This document shows positions 19,616-29,411 of a DNA stretch of 64,000 nucleotides, in pieces. Origin of the DNA: Patescibacteria group bacterium (GTDB lineage: Bacteria; Patescibacteriota; Patescibacteriia; SG8-24; DYFX01); NCBI GenBank assembly GCA_041659045.1, contig JBAZZB010000002.1, positions 159,855-223,854 of the forward strand. The letters run 5' to 3'. Within the stretch, counting starts at the first letter, position 1. Every line of letters begins with the position of its first letter. A program made the translations under genes and the position numbers. Under the pieces are notes generated by a model. That model was not told where the DNA came from. It did no database searches and saw only the letters and a list, made by a program, of their open reading frames with translations.

Positions 19616-20605
19616 ATGCTGAAGCAGCAGATCTTGCCCGCGTACGACATCATTTCCGTCGGTGATGCCACGCTCGACGTCTTCGTGTCGCTTAAAGAAG
19701 CCTCGGTACTTTGCAATCTCCAGAAAGACGTTTGCCAACTCTGCTTGTCGTACGCCGACAAGATCCCGGTTGAAAAAGTGCAGCGTTTAATCGGCGGCAA
19801 TGCGGCGAATAATGCCGTCGGCTCCTCCCGTCTGGGTCTCAAAGCTGCTTTTTACTCGATTGTCGGCAATGACGAAACCGGCCGGAACATCATGGAGACG
19901 GTTTGCGACGCGAAAGTATCGTGCGAGTACATGCAGATCGACAAGAAACAGGAATCGAACTACTCGGTCGTGCTCAACTACAAGGGTGAGCGCACCATTC
20001 TCGTGTACCACATCGATCGCAAGTACAAGATGCCGAAGTTCAAGCCGACCAAGTGGTTTTATCTGACTTCGATGGGTAAGAACCATCTCGGCTTCCATAT
20101 GGAGCTTCTGGCGCACGTGAAAAAAACGGGCGCACAGCTCGCATTCAATCCGGGCACGCACCAGCTCAAGGAGGGTCTTGAAAAACTCAGGCCTTTGCTT
20201 GCCGAAACTTCGGTACTTTTCGTTAACAAAGAAGAAGCACAGCGTCTCGTGGGACAGATTGCCGACATCAAGGAACTGATCGTCGCCATGAAGCGCATTG
20301 GATCAAAAATTGTTGTCATTACTGACGGCGATAAAGGTTCATACGCTCATGACGGTGTTTCATTCTGGAAATGCGGTATTACAAAAACAGCCGTTGTTGA
20401 GCGCACGGGTGCTGGCGATTCGTTTGCCACCGCGTTCTTGGCCGCTACGATCCAAGGCAAACAGATTCCAGAAGCTCTGCATTGGGGCACGATGAACTCG
20501 GGCTCAGTTATCACGAAGGTTGGTCCGCAGGCGGGTCTTCTCACCAAGCCGCAAATTCAAGCATGGCTCAAGAAGTATCCGAAGCCGCGCGCCGTGAAGT
20601 TCTGA
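19616..20605 (+). CDS. PfkB-family carbohydrate kinase (ribokinase-like)
   Basis: GGNAANNAVG near the N-terminus and TGAGDSFATAFL near the C-terminus are PfkB signatures. Confidence 0.8.
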   Translation: MLKQQILPAYDIISVGDATLDVFVSLKEASVLCNLQKDVCQLCLSYADKIPVEKVQRLIGGNAANNAVGSSRLGLKAAFYSIVGNDETGRNIMETVCDAKVSCEYMQIDKKQESNYSVVLNYKGERTILVYHIDRKYKMPKFKPTKWFYLTSMGKNHLGFHMELLAHVKKTGAQLAFNPGTHQLKEGLEKLRPLLAETSVLFVNKEEAQRLVGQIADIKELIVAMKRIGSKIVVITDGDKGSYAHDGVSFWKCGITKTAVVERTGAGDSFATAFLAATIQGKQIPEALHWGTMNSGSVITKVGPQAGLLTKPQIQAWLKKYPKPRAVKF

Positions 20606-20606
20606 T

Positions 20607-21542
20607 ATGCTCACGACCCTTAAAAAAGTTTTAGCGAAAGCGCACGCCGGAAACTACGCTGTCGGTGCTTTCAACATCAACAATCTTGAGATTCTTCAGG
20701 CGGTCATGCAAGCGGCCGTCGAAATGCGCTCCCCCGTCATCGTGCAAACAAGTGAAGGTGCAGTCGAGTACGCGGGCATGGAGTATCTAAAAGCCATGGT
20801 TGATGTCGCCGCCAAAGCGGACGTCCCCGTTGTTTTCCACCTTGATCACGGTAAGAATCTCGACGTCGTGAAAAAAGCGATCGACAGCGGATACACGTCC
20901 GTCATGTACGACGGCTCGTCTCTGCCCGACGCCGAGAACATTGCCAACACGAAAAAAGTTGTCGGCTGGGCATGGTGGAAAGGCGTATCGGTTGAGGCGG
21001 AACTTGGCGCAATTGCCGGCATCGAAGACTTTGTTTCCGTCGCAGAGAAGGACGCCCATCTGACCAACCCGGAAAAAGCCCTCGCTTTCGTGAAGGCCAC
21101 CAAGTGTGACGCGCTCGCGATTGCCGTCGGGACTCAGCACGGAGCCTTCAAATTCAAGGGGGAAACGATACTCGACTTTGATCGCATCTCCGCCATCAAA
21201 AAGCTCGTACAGATGCCGCTCGTGCTCCACGGAGCCTCAGGCATCTCCCCCGAGCTCGTCGAACGCACGAAGACGCACTGCTCGATCCTCGGCGACTGCG
21301 CTCGACTCGATGGCGCTCACGGCGTCTCCGACGAAGCCATCAAGGAAGCGGTCAAACGCGGCATCAACAAGATCAACGTCGACTCCGACTTGCGCATCGC
21401 CTTTACCGCTGCCGTTCGTGAAACGCTGATCAACGACAAAACAGCGATCGACCCACGCAAGATCGTCGGACCCGCCAAGAAGCTCATGACCGAAGTCGTC
21501 AAACATAAGATGGAACTGTTTGGTTCCGCCGGTAAAGCCTAA
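20607..21542 (+). CDS. fba: Class II fructose-bisphosphate aldolase
   Basis: YAVGAFNINNLE...FHLDHG is the class II aldolase pattern. Confidence 0.85.
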   Translation: MLTTLKKVLAKAHAGNYAVGAFNINNLEILQAVMQAAVEMRSPVIVQTSEGAVEYAGMEYLKAMVDVAAKADVPVVFHLDHGKNLDVVKKAIDSGYTSVMYDGSSLPDAENIANTKKVVGWAWWKGVSVEAELGAIAGIEDFVSVAEKDAHLTNPEKALAFVKATKCDALAIAVGTQHGAFKFKGETILDFDRISAIKKLVQMPLVLHGASGISPELVERTKTHCSILGDCARLDGAHGVSDEAIKEAVKRGINKINVDSDLRIAFTAAVRETLINDKTAIDPRKIVGPAKKLMTEVVKHKMELFGSAGKA

Positions 21543-21547
21543 ATCTA

Positions 21548-22515
21548 TGGCCACCATTCTCGTCACGCGCAAAATCCCGAAGGCGGGACTCGATCTGCTC
21601 AAAGCCGCTGGCCACAAGGTCAAACTGCACAACAAGAGTTCGGTCATGCCGCGCAAGGTGATGCTCAAAGCCGCGAAAGGCTGCGATGCTGTTCTCTCGC
21701 TTCTCACCGACAAGATCGACGAAGAGTTTTTCATTGCCGCGGGCATGCAGCTCAAAGTCGTGGCCAACTACGCGGTTGGTTATGACAACTTCGATCTCAA
21801 GGCCTTTAAGAAACGCGGCGTGGTCGCAACCAATACCCCGACCGTCCTGAACGTTGCCGTGGCCGAACATGCGATCGCTCTCATTCTGGCGGCCGCCAAG
21901 CGCGTCTGCGAATCAGACCGCTTCACGCGCGCCGGCAAATATAAGGGCTGGGAACCGGAGCTCTTGCTCGGTACCGAGCTCACAGGAAAAACGATCGGCG
22001 TGCTTGGTCTCGGACGCATCGGAGCCGACGTCGCGCGGCGCGCTGCTCGCGGCTTGGACATGAAGGTCTTGTATTACGACGTGAAGCGCAACGAACAATT
22101 TGAAAAGGAACTCGGCGCAACATACGCGACTGCCGAAGAATTACTGAAAACCTCGGATGTCGTCTCGATCCACGTGCCGCTCCTGCCTACGACGCGCCAC
22201 ATGATCGACGCCAAGAAACTGAAGATGATGAAGCGGACAGCTATTCTCGTGAACACGTCGCGAGGACCAGTCATCGACGAAAAAGCCTTGGTCTCCGCGC
22301 TCAAAGCCAAACATATCGCTGCCGCCGGACTCGATGTTTACGAATTCGAACCAAAGCTTGTTCCCGGTCTCGCCAAGCTCCCCAACGTCACGCTCACTCC
22401 GCATACCGCTTCGGCCACCATCGAAACGCGCGATGCGATGGCGAAGATCGCCGCTCAAGGTATCATTGACACGCTCGCCGGCAAGACTCCAAGCAACCTG
22501 GTCCCCCTGCCGTAA
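21548..22515 (+). CDS. D-isomer-specific 2-hydroxyacid dehydrogenase (glyoxylate/hydroxypyruvate reductase-like)
   Basis: NAD-binding GVLGLGRIGADVARR plus catalytic-domain conservation. Confidence 0.8.
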
Positions 22516-22521
22516 CATAAA

Positions 22522-22556
22522 AACTCCCCTGACGACATGTCTGGGGAGTTTTTGGT
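22522..22556 (+). terminator. Rho-independent terminator closing the sugar-metabolism operon
   Basis: actcccc...ggggagt hairpin plus TTTTT. Confidence 0.45.
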
Positions 22557-22578
22557 ATGCTCAAGTCAGGAGGCTTTC

Positions 22579-23004
22579 ATGTACAAAACGATCCTTGTAC
22601 CAGCGTATCCTCCGGAAGCGTCAGCTTGGTCGGAACACCTGCCGCATTCCATTCTGATCGAAGCTGAAGAGGACGGCGGCCTGCTTCGCGCCACCATGCA
22701 CTACGCGAAGCAACTGCCTGTAACCGAGCCGCTCTCCATGCATATGGAAAGCTGGTCCTGCGACCACGACGCGAACGGTCGCATCCTCAACATCGAGTTC
22801 CCCCACTATCGCGCCCACACCGTCTACGTCAGCCTCTACAACGCGATCCTCGTCGTAGGAGCCTACGCCGAGCGACCAGCGGCTCTCGCTTCGTATCACC
22901 TAGGCCTCGCGCAACTGGCGCGGTGGCTGCTCGACTACCTTGATGCCGCGGAGGATCGTCTCCGCGTCGGACTAGCCGTCCCGTTCACGAGCCCAATGCT
23001 CTGA
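22579..23004 (+). CDS. Hypothetical protein (141 aa)
   Basis: CAGGAGG RBS; no recognisable domain. Confidence 0.45.
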   Translation: MYKTILVPAYPPEASAWSEHLPHSILIEAEEDGGLLRATMHYAKQLPVTEPLSMHMESWSCDHDANGRILNIEFPHYRAHTVYVSLYNAILVVGAYAERPAALASYHLGLAQLARWLLDYLDAAEDRLRVGLAVPFTSPML

Positions 23005-23015
23005 ACGGGATTTTT

Positions 23016-23795
23016 TTATGGGTTTCGCAAACGTAATCCGTCATAGGCCAACGACAGCTTCATGTCTGGCGCGTGCACAGCTGCGTAGGCCTTGAGTACA
23101 CGCTCCGCTTCGTTGTGCGGCGGATACGTATGACCTGTCTGCGTCAGGACGAGATGTTCGATACCAAGCCACTGCGCGTATTTGATCGATTTGTCCGGCG
23201 TCAGATGTCCACGATACTTTTGTGCGAACCAAAAGGCCGCATCAAGAACGAGTGTACGAACCCCTTGCAGCTGTTTCAAGGTTTGAGAAGGAATCGAAGC
23301 GACGTCGCTTGCGTAGGCTAATTTGCCGATACGGAAGCCGAACGTCGGAAACCCTGATTGCAAACTGTGCCGTACGCGCAAGAATCTCACAGAAAGAGCG
23401 CCAATTTTGGCCGTGGCTCCGGACTTTACAAATCGGTATTCAAGACCAGGAAACGTGCCATAGCGCTTTTGCGTCGGTGCCTCCGTGTATATCGTAAGCA
23501 TGCGTTTTTTCGCTGATGCCCACTCGCCAAGGGCGCGGAGCCCGCCCGCGGCATCGAGATGTGCGTGCGTAAGAATCACAGCATCAAGATGCTGCACGCG
23601 GTGCGATGCGAGCTGATACCCAATGTCCGGCCCTGCGTCGATGAGAATGGACGTCTCGCGCAAACGCAGGAGCGCCGCCGAACGCAAGCGTCGGCTTTTC
23701 GATTGCGGTTTCAATCCGTCCCGACAAAGCGCGTCATCGTGCCCCATGCGCGGGATCGCTTCGGCCGGCCCGGTTCCGAGGAACAGGAGTTCCAT
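23016..23795 (-). CDS. MBL-fold metallo-hydrolase
   Basis: MELLFLGTG...ILTHAHLDAAGG is the HxHxDH motif. Start at MELLF. Confidence 0.7.
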   Translation of the reverse strand: MELLFLGTGPAEAIPRMGHDDALCRDGLKPQSKSRRLRSAALLRLRETSILIDAGPDIGYQLASHRVQHLDAVILTHAHLDAAGGLRALGEWASAKKRMLTIYTEAPTQKRYGTFPGLEYRFVKSGATAKIGALSVRFLRVRHSLQSGFPTFGFRIGKLAYASDVASIPSQTLKQLQGVRTLVLDAAFWFAQKYRGHLTPDKSIKYAQWLGIEHLVLTQTGHTYPPHNEAERVLKAYAAVHAPDMKLSLAYDGLRLRNP

Positions 23796-23883
23796 AGCTA
23801 CTTCCAGCATACCCCATGAGACCTTGACCGCCAACGAGAAATGGCCGTATCGTAGAACTAGCGACCGCACCCTAGGAGGCGCC

Positions 23884-24285
23884 ATGCTGACGTTCACCCT
23901 TTGCGTGAAATGCGGAAAGCACGGGCGCTTTGTCGGAACGCCCAACGACATACCCGTCGAAGTTGGCAGTAAGTGCATCGCGTTCGCGCTTCTCGAGCTC
24001 GCCATGAGAAGCGGCGCCTTGTCGGAAGACAAACTGCGCAGTCTCATGCTGGTGATCTACCACTCGCGCATGTCTGACGTTGAGGATGCCAGCGACATCG
24101 ATGGACAAGACGGCAGTGAAACCTGCGTTGATCTGAAACTTCGCGAGCATATCGCGACTTGGAATGAAGCCGCCGCCGTAACCAACTGCCTTGGTCAGTT
24201 CGCCCAATCCGACTTTCACGACTACGTTGAGATGCTCGAGGCCCCCATACCTCAGCTCCGCCACGCGCCGCAGCCAAACAACTGA
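23884..24285 (+). CDS. Hypothetical protein, paralog A (133 aa) with CVKCGKHGRFVG motif
   Basis: Shares the C-x-CGKHGR-x-VG motif with the next gene. Confidence 0.5.
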   Translation: MLTFTLCVKCGKHGRFVGTPNDIPVEVGSKCIAFALLELAMRSGALSEDKLRSLMLVIYHSRMSDVEDASDIDGQDGSETCVDLKLREHIATWNEAAAVTNCLGQFAQSDFHDYVEMLEAPIPQLRHAPQPNN

Positions 24286-24308
24286 CTGCGGTTTTTCATT
24301 GACACATC

Positions 24309-24959
24309 ATGGTTTTTCGAGTAGCGTCCTGGCTGGAGGCAGACATGGACGACGATTTCAGAGATTGGTACATGCGCCTTGTTAAGGCAGAACTTGTCGA
24401 TATCACGCTCAAAGCGTGGTTTGCTAATGGCGATGAATTCTCGATCTTGGAAATCATGATGCCGGGATACGGGAAGGTCCAGACCCCAACCGCCGTTCTC
24501 TACGACGGTACTGACGGTCCCGTCATCCAGCTCACAGTCCTGAGCGAGAGCGTTGAGATCACCGCTGACATGATCCGCCTTGAGCACGATCCGCGTTACG
24601 CCATGCTCAAAGCAGAGTCCATGCGAACCGGGACGCCACTGCGCTCACAGGCAGCTGCGGAGTTCTGCGGCTGCGGAAAGCACGGTCGCCTGGTCGGCAT
24701 CGATGGCTTTCGCGGTCCGGAGTTCTTCTCAAGACCCTCAGCGCTCTACATGCTCGACGCCTCGGCGGAGTGGAGGCGCTATTCCCCAAAGACCATCGAG
24801 CGTCTGAGAGAGCTCATCCTCAGCACGCCTTTGCCGCTGAAGGACAAAGACGCACACCCAGACATGGTCGAGCAGGTCCTCCGCTGGAATACCCTGCAAG
24901 TCGCACATGGCGGCACCCTCGATCACGCCCGGTTCCACGAACTCATGCAGCCTGCCTAG
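24309..24959 (+). CDS. Hypothetical protein, paralog B (216 aa) with CGCGKHGRLVG motif
   Basis: The C-terminal half resembles paralog A. Confidence 0.5.
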   Translation: MVFRVASWLEADMDDDFRDWYMRLVKAELVDITLKAWFANGDEFSILEIMMPGYGKVQTPTAVLYDGTDGPVIQLTVLSESVEITADMIRLEHDPRYAMLKAESMRTGTPLRSQAAAEFCGCGKHGRLVGIDGFRGPEFFSRPSALYMLDASAEWRRYSPKTIERLRELILSTPLPLKDKDAHPDMVEQVLRWNTLQVAHGGTLDHARFHELMQPA

Positions 24960-24973
24960 GCTGCTTTTTTCTA

Positions 24974-25002
24974 TTGACCAAAAAAGCAAAAACCACTATT
25001 GT
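24974..25002 (+). promoter_or_regulatory. Sigma70-like promoter for tRNA-Ala (TTGACC-17-TATTGT)
   Basis: Consensus-like hexamers with 17-nt spacing, ~11 nt upstream of the tRNA 5' end. Confidence 0.4.
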
Positions 25003-25013
25003 AACCCCGTCCT

Positions 25014-25089
25014 GGGCCGCTAGCTCATCTGGTAGAGCACCGCCTTTGCAAGGCGGGGGTGGTCGGTTCGAGTCCGACGCGGTCCACCA
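25014..25089 (+). tRNA. tRNA-Ala (anticodon TGC)
   Basis: GGGCCGCTAGCTCATCTGGTAGAGC...TTTGCAA...GGTTCGAGTCC...CCA with the G3:U70 identity pair. Confidence 0.9.
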
Positions 25090-25118
25090 AAAAGACCCCA
25101 ACTGTTGGGGTCTTTTTG
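25090..25118 (+). terminator. Rho-independent terminator after tRNA-Ala
   Basis: gaccccaac-tg-ttggggtc + TTTTT. Confidence 0.55.
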
Positions 25119-25140
25119 TATCTGCAACCGTGAGAAAGCT

Positions 25141-25974
25141 CTACGGTTGAGTCGTGGTCGCGGAAGTCGTCGTGCCAACCTTCAGCTTGGCCTTGAGGAC
25201 GTCGCGTGCTTTAAGAGCTGCGGCCTTGAACACTTCCTTTGCCTTCTCGACGGCAGCGCGGCGTGTCTCAGCCAAGGCGCGCGCATTGGCTCCGATCCTG
25301 TCGGCTGCTTGCACGTCCGCGCGGAACTTGGCGTGTGCCGCGTCCAAACTGGCCTTCAAAGTGGTTCTCACCGTCGCACCTTCGATACCCGCTTCGCAGT
25401 CAGCCTTCGCTTTGGCGATAGCGGTTTTTACGCTGTTCTTGAGCGTATCTACCGCGGTCTGCACGGCCGCTTTGCGGTCCGTAACGGCCTTATCGAGTCC
25501 CGTACGGAAAACACTATTCGCGGCATCAAGAGAGGCCTGACGGGCATTGAAAGCCGCCTGCATATCGATCTTGAACTGAGCGATTGCAGCCTTCTGGACG
25601 TCCGTGGTGGCCTTGGCCTGCATCTCAAGCACGAGCGCGTCCCACCGCGTACTCCAGTTCTCGCGACGTTCGGTGGCGTTTTCCCTATGCTCGGAGCGGC
25701 GATCCGTAACATCCTCTTTTCGCTCGTCGCGTCGCTTATCGACCTCAACGCGCCGTTCATCAAGTTTCTCCAAAAGCTTTTCTGAAGCTTGGGTGATACG
25801 TTCACAGATGTTCACCGTACCTTCGGCCCGAACGCCCAGATTCACAGGCTCGTTGACACGGGGCTCTCGCGCAAAAGCTGGCAGAGCAGACGAAAGCAAC
25901 AGAGCCACTCCGGCTGCGGCGCCGGCAACCGCTCGCTTAGAGTTCATTCTGATCATACGCTTTGCCATAGGCAT
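25141..25974 (-). CDS. Secreted alpha-helical protein of unknown function
   Basis: Signal peptide AVAGAAAGVALLLSSALPAFA followed by a charged, Ala/Lys/Arg-rich helical region. Confidence 0.5.
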   Translation of the reverse strand: MPMAKRMIRMNSKRAVAGAAAGVALLLSSALPAFAREPRVNEPVNLGVRAEGTVNICERITQASEKLLEKLDERRVEVDKRRDERKEDVTDRRSEHRENATERRENWSTRWDALVLEMQAKATTDVQKAAIAQFKIDMQAAFNARQASLDAANSVFRTGLDKAVTDRKAAVQTAVDTLKNSVKTAIAKAKADCEAGIEGATVRTTLKASLDAAHAKFRADVQAADRIGANARALAETRRAAVEKAKEVFKAAALKARDVLKAKLKVGTTTSATTTQP

Positions 25975-26242
25975 TCAATTCTGCGGAATCATTGGTGATA
26001 ATCTCCGCGTCGGAATTTTCCTTGAGCTCCTCCTTCGTGGAGGCATCAACCTCGCCAAACGCGGCCTCGAGACCAGCGTCCACGCTCGCATCGAGCGAAC
26101 TGTCCTTCGTGGTCTCAACCTCCGTCTTGTCGTTCTTGCTCTTCTCGGGGGTCGCGCTCTGATCGTCGTACCCGGCACATCCCGCTCCAACGAGCAGTAG
26201 TACGGAGGCAGACGCCAACCAGGACTTCCAGTTGCGTGTCAT
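25937..26242 (-). CDS. Small acidic lipoprotein
   Basis: Lipobox LLLVGAGC followed by an Asp/Glu-rich mature region. Confidence 0.5.
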   Translation of the reverse strand: MTRNWKSWLASASVLLLVGAGCAGYDDQSATPEKSKNDKTEVETTKDSSLDASVDAGLEAAFGEVDASTKEELKENSDAEIITNDSAELNAYGKAYDQNEL

Positions 26243-26318
26243 ACAGTAAAGTTAAGACTGAGCTGTACCCATATAGTAACATAGACGGGCCAAGGTGTTT
26301 CTCCTTACAATGCAAGCA

Positions 26319-28041
26319 TATGAACTCTCCCCAACTGAATGAATACGTTCGCCAGCGTCTTTCAACTGGCGAATCTATCGACGCGATCCATGAAGACCTG
26401 AAGCGAACCGGTTGGGATGAGTCTGCCATTCAAGCCGCCCTGGGCACGCCAGCAGTACCAACTGCAGCTTCAGGATCAATCACGAGCGCGCCATCACCGA
26501 AACGGTGGGGTTTACTTGTTGGTGTTGTGATTGGCGTTCTTGCGGTGGTCGGCGGGGCTTCCGCGACCTATCTCCTGTATTTCAAAGCGAACCCCGACAA
26601 AATTGTGGGTGAGGCTTTGAGCGCCATGATCGATCTCAATGCCGTAGAGTACGCTGCCAGTTTGAAAATTGAGGCAACGAGCAGCGCTACAAGCTCTGGT
26701 GCCATGACGATTCTGCCGATCCTTGGAGCTTCAGATGACAGTAAAAAGCCGATGAAGCTCCTTCTTACGCTCGAAGGTGCCTATGACCGTTTGGATCGAG
26801 CCCAGACAAAGTCAAAAATGAACGTAAAGATCGCCAGTACGGAAGTCATGAACGGTTCTCCGATTGTGGGTCTTAGCGTTCTCCAGCTCCCCGAGGCCAC
26901 GTATCTCAGCCTCACCGACGCTCCTTCGAACATGTTTATCGACTTGTCGCCGATCGTCGGCACCTGGATAAAGATTGACCCAAAGAGCCTCGTCAAACAG
27001 TTCGCTTCGAACACTGCGACGCCTGAAACGACGAAGAAGCAGGTCACAGCGGAGCAAACGGAAGCGCTGAAGCTTGCGTTCGCGCAAACGCGGCCAATTC
27101 GCGTAACGGAAACACTGAAAGCAGAAGAGGTTGATGGTGTATCCTCGCTGCACTACCGCTTGGCAATTGAAAAAGACGCGTTGAAAGAATTTGTGATCAA
27201 GACACAGGAGATCATGGACGGTGAGGCTTCTCTTGCGTACGAAAAGTTTAACGATGATTACGAACGGTTCTCCAAGCAGCTGAATATTACGTCGCTTGAA
27301 ATGTGGATCGGAAAAGAGAGCGGTCTGCCAACTCGCTTTTCACTCCAAGCGACTGCAAAGGAATCGGAAGACGTGCCGGCGGAAGGCACTCTGGCGTTTG
27401 ATCTGAAACTCAAAAATTTCAACCAGACGCCGACGATTGAAGCTCCAAAAGAGTCGAAAACGTTTGAGGAAATTTTTGGTGAACTCATGGGCGGCGCGAT
27501 GGAGAGCTCATCTGATAACGACACAAGGAGCACGGCAACAAAGCGCATCGACAACATTCATCAGATTCAGACAGCACTTGAGTTGGGGTATTCTGAAGCG
27601 AACGCCTACCCGATCGCCGCTCAACCAATCATCGTCGGCGGCAAGTCCGCAAGCGTACTCTGCCTCTCAAACCGAAAGGCGGCGTGGGTCGCGACGAGCG
27701 CGAGCTGCAACGGAACCGTGTACTTGGGAAACGTGCCGAGCGAACCTTCTCCCGCGTCAGCCAGCTATCTCTATCGCAGTAAGGATGGTATGACCTACAC
27801 ACTTCAATTCTCGCTGGCTGAAGGCGCTGGTCAACTGACGGAGGGACCGCAATGCGCCAGTCAGGACGGCATCGTATCGCTTACCTGCGACACGAACGAC
27901 TGGGACGGCGACGGACTTTCTGACGCGGATGAGGCCCGTTATTCCAGCGATCCAAAACTGGGCGATACGGATAATGATGGTTTCACGGATGGCGCAGAAG
28001 TTGCCGGGGGGTATAACCCAAACGGTGCGGGCAAGCTCTAA
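26319..28041 (+). CDS. Membrane-anchored extracellular protein with C-terminal thrombospondin-type-3-like calcium-binding repeats
   Basis: N-terminal TM helix, then a long extracellular region ending in DTNDWDGDGLSDADE...DTDNDGFTDGAE (DxDxDG repeats). Confidence 0.6.
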
Positions 28042-28048
28042 TACTCCT

Positions 28049-28405
28049 ATGGCCACCATTCAAAATCCGACGGAAATTCGTCCTTGGGGTGGGTTCCAAA
28101 ATCTTTTTGGAAGCGAGGATTTCTTAGTGAAGCTCGTTGAAGTTGCTCCGGGCCACAGATTGAGCTTGCAGCGCCACTTCAAGCGCGAGGAATTCTGGAT
28201 CGTCATTAGTGGAAATGGAGTTTTTGAGCTTGATGGCACCGAACGCGCAATCGCTCCGGGCGACATGATGCGCGTCGGTCTAACGCAGACGCACCGCGTT
28301 TCAAATCAAGAATCGATCCCTCTCTTGATTCTTGAACTGCAAAAAGGAGAATGTCGTGAGGATGATATCGAACGTCTTGCAGACGATTATAAGCGTGCGT
28401 CGTGA
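28049..28405 (+). CDS. Cupin-domain protein (mannose-6-phosphate isomerase type II C-terminal-like)
   Basis: PWGGFQNL...VKLVEVAPGHRLSLQRHFKREEFWIVISG is the cupin-2 motif. Confidence 0.7.
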   Translation: MATIQNPTEIRPWGGFQNLFGSEDFLVKLVEVAPGHRLSLQRHFKREEFWIVISGNGVFELDGTERAIAPGDMMRVGLTQTHRVSNQESIPLLILELQKGECREDDIERLADDYKRAS

Positions 28406-28433
28406 ATTTTATCCACAGTTCGCGTCTCGACAC

Positions 28434-28466
28434 GTCTTCACAGTTGGAAATTATGTTATACTGTGA
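28434..28466 (+). promoter_or_regulatory. Operator-like palindrome overlapping a putative promoter (TCACAGT-N15-ACTGTGA with TGtTATACT extended -10)
   Basis: 7-nt inverted-repeat arms flank a TATACT -10-like hexamer, ~60 nt upstream of the small peptide gene. Confidence 0.3.
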
Positions 28467-28519
28467 ATGTACGAAGATCGCGTTAAGCGATCAACATCGT
28501 TAAAGAGGAGGTGATTCGA

Positions 28520-28588
28520 ATGGCAAAGAAAAAGAAAGCCGCGAAGAAGGGTGGTAAGAAGAAGGCTGCAAAGAAGAAGAAGATCTAA
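28520..28588 (+). CDS. Tiny lysine-rich peptide (22 aa, MAKKKKAAKKGGKKKAAKKKKI)
   Basis: Strong RBS AAAGAGGAGGTG 7 nt upstream, and its own intrinsic terminator downstream. Confidence 0.4.
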   Translation: MAKKKKAAKKGGKKKAAKKKKI

Positions 28589-28605
28589 GATCTTCTTACA
28601 AGAAA

Positions 28606-28640
28606 AAACTTCCGCTCCATGCTTGCGGAAGTTTTTCTTT
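28606..28640 (+). terminator. Rho-independent terminator (aacttccgc-tccatgctt-gcggaagtt + TTTT)
   Basis: 9-bp stem plus T-run. Confidence 0.5.
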
Positions 28641-28643
28641 TTA

Positions 28644-29399
28644 TTATTTTCTCTCCCTCATCAATCGTTCAGCAATCTCAAGCTGTTCCGTCGTGTTGAT
28701 ACCGAGCGCCTCCTCAGGCTGAATAGGAACTGTCGTCACCTGCTCGCCGTCCGTAATAGCCTTGGAAAGCAGCGCTGTCAGGTAGTACTCGCCCTGGGCG
28801 TTATCGGTCGTAAGTGTCTTTAGGCTTTCCCACAACCACGCTGCCTTAAAACAGTAAAAACTGGGAAAAACCTCTCGAATTGCCAGCACGTCAGGAGCCG
28901 CATCTTTCACCTCAACAATACGCTCAACGGCGCCGTTCTCGCCACGAACAATGCGTCCGAAATCAGCAAACGGTTTACGCCATTCTTCGTAATCAGAAAC
29001 GGTAACCGTGCCGATGGTAAGCGTCGCGCCGCTTGCGAGGTGCATGTCTGCAAGTTTGCGAACGGACGCAGCGCTCGTAAACGGTTGATCGCCGACCAAC
29101 ACAATCACGTCGTCGACCGATCCTTCAAGAAGCGGTTGTGCACGCATGACGGCGTCGCCAGTCCCCTTCAACTCAGACTGTACGGCATACTCACAACGAT
29201 CTTCGCAAACCTCCTTCACCTTTTCAGCCATATGCCCGACGACGACAACTGGTTTTTCGTCGACACCCGAGGCAACGACCGCATCAAGCACGTATCCCAA
29301 CATCGGCTTACCGAGTACTTCATGAAGTACTTTCGGGAGCTCTGATGGGCCCATGCGCTTACCTTTTCCAGCAGCGAGAATAACGACACGAATACTCAT
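28644..29399 (-). CDS. Sugar-phosphate nucleotidyltransferase (GlmU N-terminal-domain-like, no acetyltransferase domain)
   Basis: LAAGKGKRM G-rich loop and GDQP motifs. At 251 aa it covers only the pyrophosphorylase domain. Confidence 0.7.
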   Translation of the reverse strand: MSIRVVILAAGKGKRMGPSELPKVLHEVLGKPMLGYVLDAVVASGVDEKPVVVVGHMAEKVKEVCEDRCEYAVQSELKGTGDAVMRAQPLLEGSVDDVIVLVGDQPFTSAASVRKLADMHLASGATLTIGTVTVSDYEEWRKPFADFGRIVRGENGAVERIVEVKDAAPDVLAIREVFPSFYCFKAAWLWESLKTLTTDNAQGEYYLTALLSKAITDGEQVTTVPIQPEEALGINTTEQLEIAERLMRERK

Positions 29400-29411
29400 A
29401 GTTGCGACACC

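Noticed and set aside
21237-21870. Minus-strand ORFs of 123-176 aa inside fba and the dehydrogenase gene
   Set aside because: Antisense to well-supported enzymes; no motifs.
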